Source of the DNA: Toensbergia leucococca
Lineage: Eukaryota
Length of the DNA stretch: 20,000 nt
Assembly (NCBI GenBank): GCA_022813965.1
Contig: JALDZS010000050.1
Span: 114,658 to 134,657 of the forward strand
Reading direction: 5' to 3'
Shown: positions 1 through 9,782 of the stretch, one piece after another
Layout: each line of letters opens with the position of its first letter
Numbering within the stretch: the first letter of the stretch is position 1
Translations under genes and position numbers: made by a program
Notes under the pieces: generated by a model
The model's database searches: none
What the model was told of the DNA's origin: nothing
Seen by the model: the letters and a program-made list of their open reading frames with translations, nothing else

Positions 1-67
1 CTACCTGATGCTTCTCATGCTAGCTAGAGTAAACTTTAGCTTTAGGCTCGCCGCTAACAAAATCCCT

Positions 68-1339
68 TCAATCCGCAAACTCAATATTGTCCTGCTCATT
101 CTAGCCCTCATGCTCCTTTAAAACCCTCAATACCTCATTCAGAAGTCGCTGCGGTAGACCCATCACACTCTGCTTGAACCCCTTGGCTCGTAGAATCGCC
201 TCACTAGCCTTCAAGTACACGCCGCAAAAGTCGTCCCACAGCTCCTTATCAACGTGCGGCCGGGGATAGTAAGGGTCGTTGCCGAGGAAGGCAGGGACAA
301 GTTTCGTGTTGACATCGTGGTCAGTGAACTCGATCCTGTTCGCCTTGTCGAAATCAAACATCCAGAGGTGTACTCCTCCGCGCTTGAAGTTGATGAGACC
401 TTGTTTGTGCGGTGGTGCAGATTCGTCTTCGTATCCTGTTGGCAGGGTGCGGTCCCATGTTGCAGAGCTCCCCAGTACAAACTCCACGTCCATACCGTCG
501 ACCCGTGCCTGCCAGTGTAATATTGCCAACCCAATCGCCATATCGTTGGCCAGCTCCAAGACTTCGAGGTCAAGGTCTTCCATCATGTTCAGCCTCAGAG
601 GGAAGTTTCGCAGCGTATCATAGAGTTCGGACTGCTAGATCCTGGATTCCCGCTCCCCAAGGTAAATTCGCACGAGGCAATCCTTGTTATCCTGGTCATC
701 TTTCGCTTCCTGCTGAGCTCCATTATCATCATCGAAGTATTTCTTGATTAAGGCTTCTCTTGTTGCTTGAGGTAATGGAAGAATGCGGTCGACTGCGAAA
801 AGTGGCTGCTTGGTACGGTGGCCTGCAGGGAATCGTTGCAGGTTACAAATCCAGAAATCTGTGCTGTCGGCGGTGTGGTACTCGTGGCACAGTGAGGTCC
901 TTATGATTGTAGAATCTGGGAAGGTCTCTTGCATCAATCCTTGCACTTGGTTGACTGCATTGTGGACGCTATTGGTCAGACAGAAATCCTGCCAGATGCC
1001 TTGCTCACTTGTGCCTTTCTTGAATGCTATTTCAGTTCCCGGCACCTCAAAGACTGATCCGCAGGATCCCAGGCCGATAACTCTTAGGTCTTGACGTTCA
1101 GCTGTAGAGTCTGACGCGGCCCGTTGCATTCTCGAGGCGAGACTTGACGTAGTGGAGATGACTGATCTTGTTGATAATGTTCTCTTCAAGACCTGGTCCG
1201 TGTGCTCTTCAGACCCTTCGAATGAGGTCGTGGCTGCACGTGCGTGCAATGTTGTAGACTCCAGTGCACGCACTATGCCCTCTGAGAGGGTGGTAGCGTT
1301 GCTCTGGCCCGAGGAGTCCCTTCGAATAGCGGAGGACAT
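68..1339 (-). pseudogene. DUF3669-domain (fungal 'zinc finger protein'-annotated) gene with in-frame TAG stops at 635-637 and probably 101-103
   Basis: ORFs 635..1339 and 101..586 are in one frame. Reading through TAG(635-637) gives ...CLVRIYLGERESRI*QSELYDTLRNFPLRLNMMEDL..., and family-like motifs follow or precede it (IGLGSCGSVF, RILPLP, MAIGLAILHW...DGMDVEFVLGS, LWMFDFD, AFLGNDPYYPRP). After TAG(101-103) the frame continues NEQDNIEFAD to TGA at 68-70. Confidence 0.75.
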
Positions 1340-2456
1340 CTTTGCAGTATGGAGAAATGGATGTGAGTGAATATGAGGTGTGGACTAGGGATGTTGCTGC
1401 ACTTTACTGCTGCCGAGAAAAAAAGACAATTATTGTATTACTACTTTCGAGAGAAGAAGGAAGTGGCGACGCTTCTTAAAGGCGCAGAGTCTTGAAGTGA
1501 AAAAAAAACTATGAAACTAAAAGAAAAGAATTTCAAAATCATTATTGTAATTAAGATTAATCATGGTCTCAAGGTCTACAAAGTGAGTAGGTTGGGCGAA
1601 AAGGCAAACCCAATAGAGTCAGATACATTGTTATTAAATCAAGGCCTTCAATATAGAGAAAGCATAGTTCCGGGAGGCTCGAAGAGGTGTGGGATTTATG
1701 GGCAAAGAAGTCTGTTTAAGGCATTTATGCAATCTAGTGAGCTAGGTAGTCTATCGGGTGGATTCTAGGCAACGAGGCATCACACCAAACTTTTTGCAAC
1801 ATTACTGAAATTCTTCATCAACTCATATCTCACATGACGACTGGCTACTAATACTTCATTATACTCGTATGAGTAACAATATACTTGCAGCTCACTCGCA
1901 TCAAGCCTTTTCCAGCACGGGATGAAAAAACAAAAATGAAACCATCTGTTCACACCAGCAAACCTTTCTCAAAACAACTCCAGTCGCCTACACCTCCTTC
2001 AAAGTAGTGAGATTCAATGATTGTAGTGATTCAAAAAAGTCTTTCTTATGAATAAATGACTACAATTTTTGTGCTTTGAGAAAGTAAGTCAGCTTTATTC
2101 ATCCAGAGGGACCATGACTCAAAAGTCATACAAATATTATGAATCAATTCATGTGATGGCAGCAAAATTGTTTCGCCATCGATGAAATGTCGCCGGCGTG
2201 CTCTAGGTGGATCCGCTGAAAAGGTCACAGGAGAGCGTGACCAGAAATGCTGTGCCTCAAGATTGAAGAATAATCTCCTGCCTCACTGCGTCACCGAGAA
2301 AGGAGTTTGAATCAGTGACAAGCCTGATGAGATGGAGTGGTGCAAATATTCTCTAGCTATCAAAACATCTCACTGAAAACTTTGGTGTTCAGTATTCAAG
2401 ACAATAAGAAGAAGCCTAGAGTAGGATAGAACATGAAGTAGGTAAAGTATGACGTG

Positions 2457-3959
2457 TCAGTACCTCACAAAACACATACGCTCAATCCACCTCGCGAACC
2501 TCACAGCAGGGATATCTATGCCTCTCCAAAACAAATCAGCCACCCAGAAAACACAAGGCACATAGACCAAACTAGCTAACGCCCATCCACCATTATATGC
2601 CCACCAGCCATCCCGTCCTACGATATTCCATACTGCCGATGTGATTGCTCGGCCAAACGTGCGGTTCATAAGACCATGTACGAGATACAGCGCGTAAGAG
2701 ATCTTGCCGAGGTATCGAGCGACGCGGGTGGTGAAGATCTTCTGGCATATAGGAAGGAAGGATATGGAGGAGACGATCAAGATGGCGGCCTGGGCGTGCC
2801 AGAAGCGGCGCTTGTAGCTATATTTGTAAGGCCAGAGGGATGAGAGGAACATGTAACCGGGAGTCTTGTTTGCGTGGTCTCTTGGATAGCCAGCTAGGTA
2901 TATGCCGAGCATCAAACAGAAAACAAGAATGCTGACCCTGGCGATTGACTTTACCGAGACTTTTCTCCGAGTTCGATCAATTTCGGGTAGGTCATCAACT
3001 TCAAAGTCCTGCGTCTTTGCTTTTGATTCATATATGATGTTGACCTCTGCGATCATCATCCCTGCACTGAACAACGCAACGTCCCAGCGGACATGGAGAA
3101 AGCAATGTAATGTGATACCGGCCTCTAGGATCAATCTGATCATTGTTCGGCACCTCGCCAACCCCAAGATCATCAAAAACAATACCATCGAACAGCGATA
3201 TTCGACCACAATTGTCCACAAATGAGCGTTATAATATCCGTGATAATCAATCTTCCACGTCCACACATTGAATAAGAAATCATCCAAATAGTGAATGTAC
3301 GATGTTGTGTCGGTCAAAAACGTTGCTTGATAATTCGATGTCGGTGGCTTTAGAAAACCGAAGACAACGAAGAGATAGGCGAGGAAGGAAGACGTAAAGC
3401 TAGGTATAAAGAGACGCATCGCTCGCCGGAAGGTTAAAGACGTGAGTGTTGACACGAGATCTGAGTACGACCGGCTGCGTATAAGCGTTAGACATCTGTG
3501 AGATAGCACATATCCCGAGACGACGAAGAAAACAGAAACCATTGCGGCACCGCCGAAGAATATTCGAATGATTGGAAGTTGCAGAAGACTCCAATTGTCG
3601 CCCTGACCATATCCATTATTCACCACCTCGGGGTGTACTTCCGACGTGTAGTGAAAGATAAAAACGACGAGCGAGGCTACTCCTCGAATACCATTTAGAT
3701 AGTCTGTTGACCGTTTCGCAGCCAGCTTTTTCTTCTCACTAAATGTTGAGTCGTTGGGTTGGAAATGACAGTGAATGAAGCTGGGAAGCAGCAAGATGGC
3801 GAGGTGGCCTATCGTGGCGAGGACATGATGGCTAGTGTCGTACCTCCGTTTTGGTAGTTGAGCAGCGGATGGAAGAAGAAAAGTAGCGGTTTCTTCATCT
3901 GCTGGAGACGTGGCTACTTGGAGCAAGCGGTAGGTGGACAGGTCGTTCAAATCTGCCAT
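2457..3959 (-). CDS. Acyltransferase-3 family (OafA-like) integral-membrane O-acyltransferase, 500 aa, single exon
   Basis: Motifs DYLNGIRGVASLVVFIFH, VSVFFVVSGYVLS, RRAMRLFIP, HLWTIVVEYR and YLGKISYALYLVHG, plus many hydrophobic TM segments. Confidence 0.92.
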   Translation of the reverse strand: MADLNDLSTYRLLQVATSPADEETATFLLPSAAQLPKRRYDTSHHVLATIGHLAILLLPSFIHCHFQPNDSTFSEKKKLAAKRSTDYLNGIRGVASLVVFIFHYTSEVHPEVVNNGYGQGDNWSLLQLPIIRIFFGGAAMVSVFFVVSGYVLSHRCLTLIRSRSYSDLVSTLTSLTFRRAMRLFIPSFTSSFLAYLFVVFGFLKPPTSNYQATFLTDTTSYIHYLDDFLFNVWTWKIDYHGYYNAHLWTIVVEYRCSMVLFLMILGLARCRTMIRLILEAGITLHCFLHVRWDVALFSAGMMIAEVNIIYESKAKTQDFEVDDLPEIDRTRRKVSVKSIARVSILVFCLMLGIYLAGYPRDHANKTPGYMFLSSLWPYKYSYKRRFWHAQAAILIVSSISFLPICQKIFTTRVARYLGKISYALYLVHGLMNRTFGRAITSAVWNIVGRDGWWAYNGGWALASLVYVPCVFWVADLFWRGIDIPAVRFARWIERMCFVRY

Positions 3960-4854
3960 TGTCGACCAGCCTAGACTTAGTGAAAAGCTCTATGAACTTC
4001 TTCATTTGTCAGATGGAGCTTTTCCAACCAGAGGATCCGACACTGGTAGCGAGTGCTTCGTGGAATGGTATTACCCATTCTCGAGACTGATTTCATCTTC
4101 TCCTTATCTGTATATCTTTGCAATCCTACAGAACACGTCCGAGACTAGTTTCATGGGTTGATTTAGTGCCTCGAGACTCCGTATGAGGCGAGTGACTTGT
4201 TTGCGTGGTACGGAGCATTATGCAGGAAGACGCAAGTTCGGTACTCCGTAGCTTGCAGCCGACCCCGGAGCCCATGATCATGGAAGCACGGCGACAGTAC
4301 TTACGAGTCGTCCGTTGATGCAGAATGAAAGGTCACTTCAGCGGTAAGGACTCCTAACTCGGAAGCTCCGATCGGCGACGATAACAGTTCATCAGGGAAA
4401 TGACGTTCGGCTTTTTGAAAGGTAGCATTCCTTGACCAAGCCCGGAGCAAGCGCCTCATATTCGAGACTTACTCCGATCCTGAACAAGGACCCTGAACAA
4501 GGACTGTAGTGAAAATAGAAGTCGTAGTAGGGGGTGTTGTGTGATGCTGGGCCAATGAATGGTAGGAGAGCATGACGGATTACATAATCGTCTGCTTTTA
4601 GCCTTTCGGTACGGATAACGTCGATCCACGAAAGCTTGTTTTCGTTACCCCCAACGTTAGGCAAGCCTAAGAATCGATTTGGCAAGAGGTCGCGTGCCTC
4701 GTCATTGCAGCAGATTGCGGCCAGCGACGTCGTTGGCTCGCCCATCATGCCTGTACTGACCTCAAACAATCCATCGGGGGATACTAGGAGGTTTCAGTAG
4801 GTTCCATTGGATGACTTCAACGGCTCTCCGTCTTTCGCCTCCTCATCGGCCAAG

Positions 4855-5032
4855 CTCACCTGTTGGGGAGATAGGTCGTGTGCTCACCTACCATGAGACG
4901 GTGTAGTGTGCTCACTTGCTATGGAGAGCCATCACGTGTCTCACCTACCAAGCTTTGATAGAAGACTTGAAAGGTCGGCTCATGCTGTCTCACTGCGCCT
5001 CAATCCTGGAGGAGTATCACTTGGCATATAAA
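4855..5032 (+). promoter_or_regulatory. Promoter of the Stealth gene: TATAAA plus clustered (C/A)TCAC motifs and an E-box
   Basis: TATAAA at 5027-5032, ~50 nt before ATG 5081. CTCAC at 4855, 4883, 4911, 4940 and 4989; CACGTG at 4933-4938. Confidence 0.45.
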
Positions 5033-5080
5033 CAGCACTCGGTCAATACCTAAAGACAAATCATTCCTTCCAAGCCTCAA

Positions 5081-7204
5081 ATGGCATTGCAGCGAGTCTT
5101 TCCCTCTTTGTTGAGGCAAGCATTTATTGCTCTCACTTTTGCCGGAATCTTCCTCACCATTTGGATAACCTCTCGGCATCTCTTGCTTCGTGGCAACGCA
5201 GCAGAATGGGCTTCGGCCTTGAAACAGATTGAAGAGGTTGCCGCCTCGACCAAACGCGCTCCGGGGCTGATGTACTGGTCAGCCACCGAGGAGAACGGCA
5301 ACGATAATCAGATCACTGGAATATCCGAGACAATGTCCTATAGCGAGGGTATGCCTGAGATCTTCCCTAACAAAGAAGATCTCAATCTTTATGATGAGAT
5401 TACAGAGCCTTTGCCAGACGTCATCCACATACCTTTCGAAGAGGCCGTCGCAGACATAGAGCTCCGGGGCTGGGAAGACGAATGGCTGGCTGAGGCTCAT
5501 TTCGACGTGGAAAAATGGGGTGGACTCGATGAACCCAAAATTGACTTTGTTTATAATTGTGCGTTCCGTGTTGATTGTTTACCCGGCTCGGACGAAGTGC
5601 TAATCCTGGCAGGGGTGAATGGATCAGACGAGGCCTTCAGAAGTACAAAGTATGAGTACGAGCTTAAGTCGACACTCAACGATCCGCAGGGCGAGTGGCT
5701 CAGGGTTCACAGCGTCAATCGGTACCGAGACTGGGATGAACTTCGCTATTCATTCAGGAGTATAGAAAAATATGCCAGCACATTCTTGAACAAAATCCAG
5801 ATACTAGTCAATACCGTCAGGGAAACGACTCCGGTCGAAGACTCGGCGCTCAAAAGTCGACGACAGAAACCAGATTGGCTGAACGATGATCGGAATACCA
5901 AGGAAGTTGTCCAGGTGCTGGCGCAAGAAGATTTCTTTGGTGAGGAGGCGCAGCGTTGCTTACCGACATTTAATTCCATGACGATCGAGAATCAGATACA
6001 TAACACCCAGTCAGATGTCGATAATGTATGTCCGAAGCTCCTATAGGAAGTCAATGCTAATTCGCAATAGCTGTTTGCTCTTTCTGACGATATGCTTCTC
6101 GGATCAATTCACGCTGCTTCGGACATCTATTCTCCCCTATTTGGACCAACGATGGGATTTAAAACAGACTGGTACAACGTGCAGGACCGTCCGGACAGCA
6201 ACGCTGGTGAAGGATTTGGAGAAAAGCCTTATTTGCTATACACCTCGTGGCTCCTGAATCGACGCTTCGGCCAACGTAAGCGCAAATGTCAAGTCCATTT
6301 TGGCCATTCGCTCTCTCGCCGGGTGACTCGTGAGGCGATGGACACATTTCCTGGGCCTTCTGCTGAGAGCGCTTGCAATCGTTTTCGAGGGGAACTAGGC
6401 TTCCACCACCTGTATACATGGTTCGCGACGTTCCACTACACTATTGAGCGCCACCGCGAGGCTCTCCTTTGGAGTTATATCATGTTGCGAAGTGATAGTG
6501 ATGATAACGGTGACCTTAGCTGGGAAGAGCGTCAAAGAATTACAGCAGATATTGAGGAAGGAAAAGCCAACGAGCAGGCAGCCCCATTCACATTTCGAGA
6601 AAGGTTGTTCTTCCAGGTCCCAAAACTCTTATCCAAGGTAGGATTGGAGCCACCCAAGGCGAACATCAATGTTCTCTGGACGTCACTGGATGGCCCGGCC
6701 ACCATTCAGGATCTCAAGTGCTTGGACTTTGATATTGACGAATGCCTCGCCGACGGCTTTTCCTCGCCATCCTCGGACAAGCAATACAAGAACCCAAACT
6801 TCTCTGCGGCCACCGTCTTTGATAGACTCGCTCGCAAAGACACACGTTGCGGAGACTGTTTGATCAAACTTGTTCTCAGCAAGGTCCGGAAAGGTCTATC
6901 TCCCATGCTCCCGCACGCACATTCACAATCGGCAAAACGAGCCATGGTCATCAAAGCGCTTGTGAAATATCAATACACCATCATCGACCCGGACGCGGCC
7001 TTTTTCATGGTCAAGGATGCTGAGCAGGCTCAAAATGTTTTGCTTGATCGATTCCTGTACCGGTCGAAGCAGGTGGGCCAGATCTGCCTGAATGATGATG
7101 TCATGACCGAGGAGGCGGACGTTATTCATGATGTGAAGGAGATCATGTCAAAGGTGTACCTGGAATTGTTTCCGGACAAGAGCTTGTTTGAGATAGCGGA
7201 TTGA
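5081..7204 (+). CDS. Stealth-family sugar-1-phosphate phosphotransferase (XPT1 xylosylphosphotransferase / GNPTAB-like), ~674 aa; exons 5081-5558, 5613-6025, 6071-7204
   Basis: N-terminal type II TM anchor. Splicing intron 5559-5612 (GTGCGT..GCTAAT..CAG) restores CR1 IDFVYNWVNGSD. CR2 includes RYRDWDELRYSFRS...LPTFNSMTIE, and intron 6026-6070 (GTATGT..GCTAAT..TAG) joins it to LFALSDDMLLG. Also HFGHS and the CR4 ICLNDD...FPDKSLFE. Confidence 0.9.
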
Positions 7205-7480
7205 ATTGATAGACACGTTCAAGAGGGGTAACGAATTTATGTTTAGTCTTCATAATTGACTCATGTCTCGCGAATAGAGGACACATATGTCAAGCACATG
7301 AATCATGCTCTACTGTCATTGTACAGTTGTTGGCATAGATGAGGAGTTCGTCTTGAAAAAGGAAGAAAGAGGCCGCTAAACCGCTTGAAGCCAGAACAGA
7401 TGACGTAACGTAGCTTCAACGTCGGCCATGTTTTGAGGAGTAGAACAACGTCTTTCATTTTGTTTTCAATTTTATTTCAG

Positions 7481-7739
7481 AAATCAACACCTGCAAAGAA
7501 ATGGCAAAGCTGACATCTCCTTTTGTACACTCTCAATGTCCTGTTTTTCCTTTATCTGTATGTCACGTCTCCTTGATTGAATTCCCAGATAAGATATCAT
7601 CAACTTTCTGTCAAAGGCTTCATGTGAAAGTCTGTCTTTGTTTGACAAATTTGCTACGATGAAATTCAAGCACAGTGTCATCAGAAGTTGACAAGTCAGA
7701 CTTTGATGTCTCGGTGTCTCCTGACTCTCAAAGAAACAT
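7481..7739 (-). pseudogene. Possible degraded coding relic (all stops TGA; CpG-poor)
   Basis: Frame from 7739: MFL*ESGDTETSKSDLSTSDDTVLEFHRSKFVKQRQTFT*SL*QKVDDILSGNSIKET*HTDKGKTGH*ECTKGDVSFAISLQV. About 3 CpG in 260 bp. Family not recognised. Confidence 0.25.
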
Positions 7740-8675
7740 TGAAGCCCTTAAATTGAGGATATGAATCTCTCTGCCCGCACCACCCGCCCACTTTCTCACA
7801 AGTTCATCCCAAAACCCGCTATTCCGAACCAACCCCCAAAACAAAGCTCATACTTCCCTTGATTCAGACACATTGATTCCTGGTGAAGATCGCAACTAGC
7901 CGTATCAAACTCTTGATGAAGAGGTCGCTCTTAGATACGTTGATTCCCATCCAGACTGGGCGTCCTAGCCCTTACTGGAAAGTAGGATAGCCAAGTGCCC
8001 CCCCACCGCTCGTGAATTCTGACTTTTACTTCGTTTTGGGGGCAGATTGTGTGATATTTCTTTGGCGATGGAGCGCATAGCCGCGAGTTGCTTTGCTTAT
8101 TTATCTACGCTTGATTGCATGAGAGGTGTTGCATAGTAGATGGTGATGCTGAGGATTTGAGATTTCAGTTGTTTTCGACGAAGTGGCAACTTTCATTCGT
8201 TGCCTCAATAACAAATTTGATAGACCCTATCTAACTCTCTTCTCCTTACGTTAAGCTGCCTCGGTGTGAAATATTATCGACATTTCGATGGATAATTGTG
8301 ATCTTGTGGACTTTGTATCATTGATGGTTCAAACCAAGCGCCTACCCGTATCAAACGAGCTACAGCGTGCCGCCGGACACATCATCGCAGAGACGAAACC
8401 TCTAAATATATCCATCCAGGCTAATTGCTCACTAAAAAAGAAAGAGACAACGCCGCCACCTTAGCCATAGACAAATCCATCGTACACTCTAGGTACATCC
8501 ATTACGCCAAGTACCTTATCCTCCCCTTCGTAGCCTTAGGTAAGTACCGTCGATGTCATGCATGAGAAAAGCCTGGGTGTAAGAGGTGCGTTTGACATGA
8601 ATGCCAGTAGTGTGTCTACGAACGAATTAGCCTGGACAAAATAGACAAGACTGTAGCGAGGGTATGAGGGGAGAG

Positions 8676-8898
8676 CCCGAGGGCGGAGGGTGGTCCAAAA
8701 ATTTGATCCTACCCGAAGGTAGAGAGGGTCTCCATAAGTTATGGGCTGAGGTTTATCAAGCCAAAGACGAAAAGTCTACCAGAAGGTAGAGAGTCCATCA
8801 AAGGAAATACAGACAGAAGATTCACCCGAAGGTAAAAGTTCCATCAAAAAAAAGAATAAAAAAGAATTCCATCCGAAGGCAGAGGTGGTCCAAAAATT
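8676..8898 (+). repeat. Degenerate dispersed repeat CC(C/A)GAAGG(T/C)AGAG... (5 copies)
   Basis: Copies begin near 8676, 8712, 8779, 8825 and 8872. GGTGGTCCAAAAATT is exact at 8689 and 8884. Confidence 0.7.
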
Positions 8899-9095
8899 CC
8901 GTCAAGGTAATCAAGCACCCCGTCATCCAACACAGGTGCCGATTCCCCAACAAGGTGAGCGCGAAGCCGGTTAAGGCGATCGCTGAAGCCCAAGATCTCC
9001 AAGGTCGATCAAGAGTTGAACTCCGTCCGCTAGGAAGTACCAACGATGGAGATCTTTACCCCCAGAGCCCACAGTGTCTTACCCGGGTTTGTTTC

Positions 9096-9403
9096 TCATG
9101 ATTTCGCAAGTAAGATCTCGCAAGGAGCTTCGCTTATCGGGGAAGTGTCATGAGAAACGCCCCCGAGTAGGAGAGAAGTGGTCGATCCTAAGGCAAGCCA
9201 AAGGAAAGAACCAACAGTTCCAAAAATTAAGCCAAGTACTCAGGAGCGTCTGTCATGATTTCGCAAGTAAGATCTCGCAAGGAGCTTCGCTTATCGGGGA
9301 AGTGTCATGAAAGAAACTCCTGAGTAGGAGGAGGAAGGTGGTCGAACCTGAGGCGAACCAAAGGAACGAACCACGGAGCCAAAGATTTCACCAACTACCT
9401 GGG
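9096..9403 (+). repeat. ~157-bp tandem duplication with an identical 58-bp core
   Basis: TCATGATTTCGCAAGTAAGATCTCGCAAGGAGCTTCGCTTATCGGGGAAGTGTCATGA at 9096-9153 and 9253-9310. The following ~90 bp are alignable but diverged. Confidence 0.92.
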
Positions 9404-9670
9404 TACGAAGAAAAGTCGCTGCTTTGGTTGATCGAGGCTTTTACCTTACGGAAAGAACCTCGATCAAGCCAAATATAGAATCCCACCAGAAAGAGGTGGA
9501 ACTCCAACCCTAGGAAAGTCCAAGCTGTGCTTGGAGGTGTTGAAAGAAGAAGAAAAAGAAAGGAAGGAAGAGGAAGGAAGACGACATTTTATGTTGTGGC
9601 TGGGGGCGCTAAGATTCACAACAACACTCATTCACTGAAAGTACCTACGTGTTGTACTAGCACGGCTGAC

Positions 9671-9782
9671 AGAACACGAAAAGGAGAACACGAAAAGGAG
9701 AACACGAAAAGGAGAACACGAAAAGGAGAACACGAAAAGGAGAACACGAAAAGGAGAACACGAAAAGGAAAACACGAAAAGG
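9671..9782 (+). repeat. Minisatellite (AGAACACGAAAAGG) x8
   Basis: Seven perfect 14-bp units plus a final AAAACACGAAAAGG. Confidence 0.97.

Larger units (their letters stand above)
8578..9671. mobile_element. Putative solo-LTR / non-autonomous retroelement-like structured element
   Basis: Starts TGTAAG and ends CTGACA (imperfect inverted termini, 5/6). Non-coding, with internal sub-repeats and many hairpins. On the - strand a TATA-like ACATAAAATG (9585-9594) is followed by a CT-rich tract. No TSD, PBS or coding domains seen; the left boundary could alternatively be 8554 (TGTCA). Confidence 0.45.

Noticed and set aside
211..1370. Overlapping alternative-frame and antisense ORFs (also those within the AT3, Stealth, ankyrin and secreted genes)
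   Set aside because: Shadow ORFs of real coding sequence with no independent motifs.
1880..2420. Possible gene or TE relic
   Set aside because: Coding-like fragments and a GTAAGT are present, but no frame or family could be reconstructed.
4392..4769. 125-aa ORF in the divergent promoter
   Set aside because: Non-ATG start in the ORF track, no recognisable motifs, and it lies in the presumed regulatory region.
8578..9671. Hammerhead ribozyme / retrozyme or telomerase RNA
   Set aside because: No CUGANGA...GAAA core found on either strand and no TAACCCTAA-type template.
9671..9782. CRISPR-like array, and ORFs 9527-9844, 9632-9838 and 9657-9953
   Set aside because: Head-to-tail repeats with no spacers in a eukaryotic context; the ORFs are by-products of a stop-free minisatellite.
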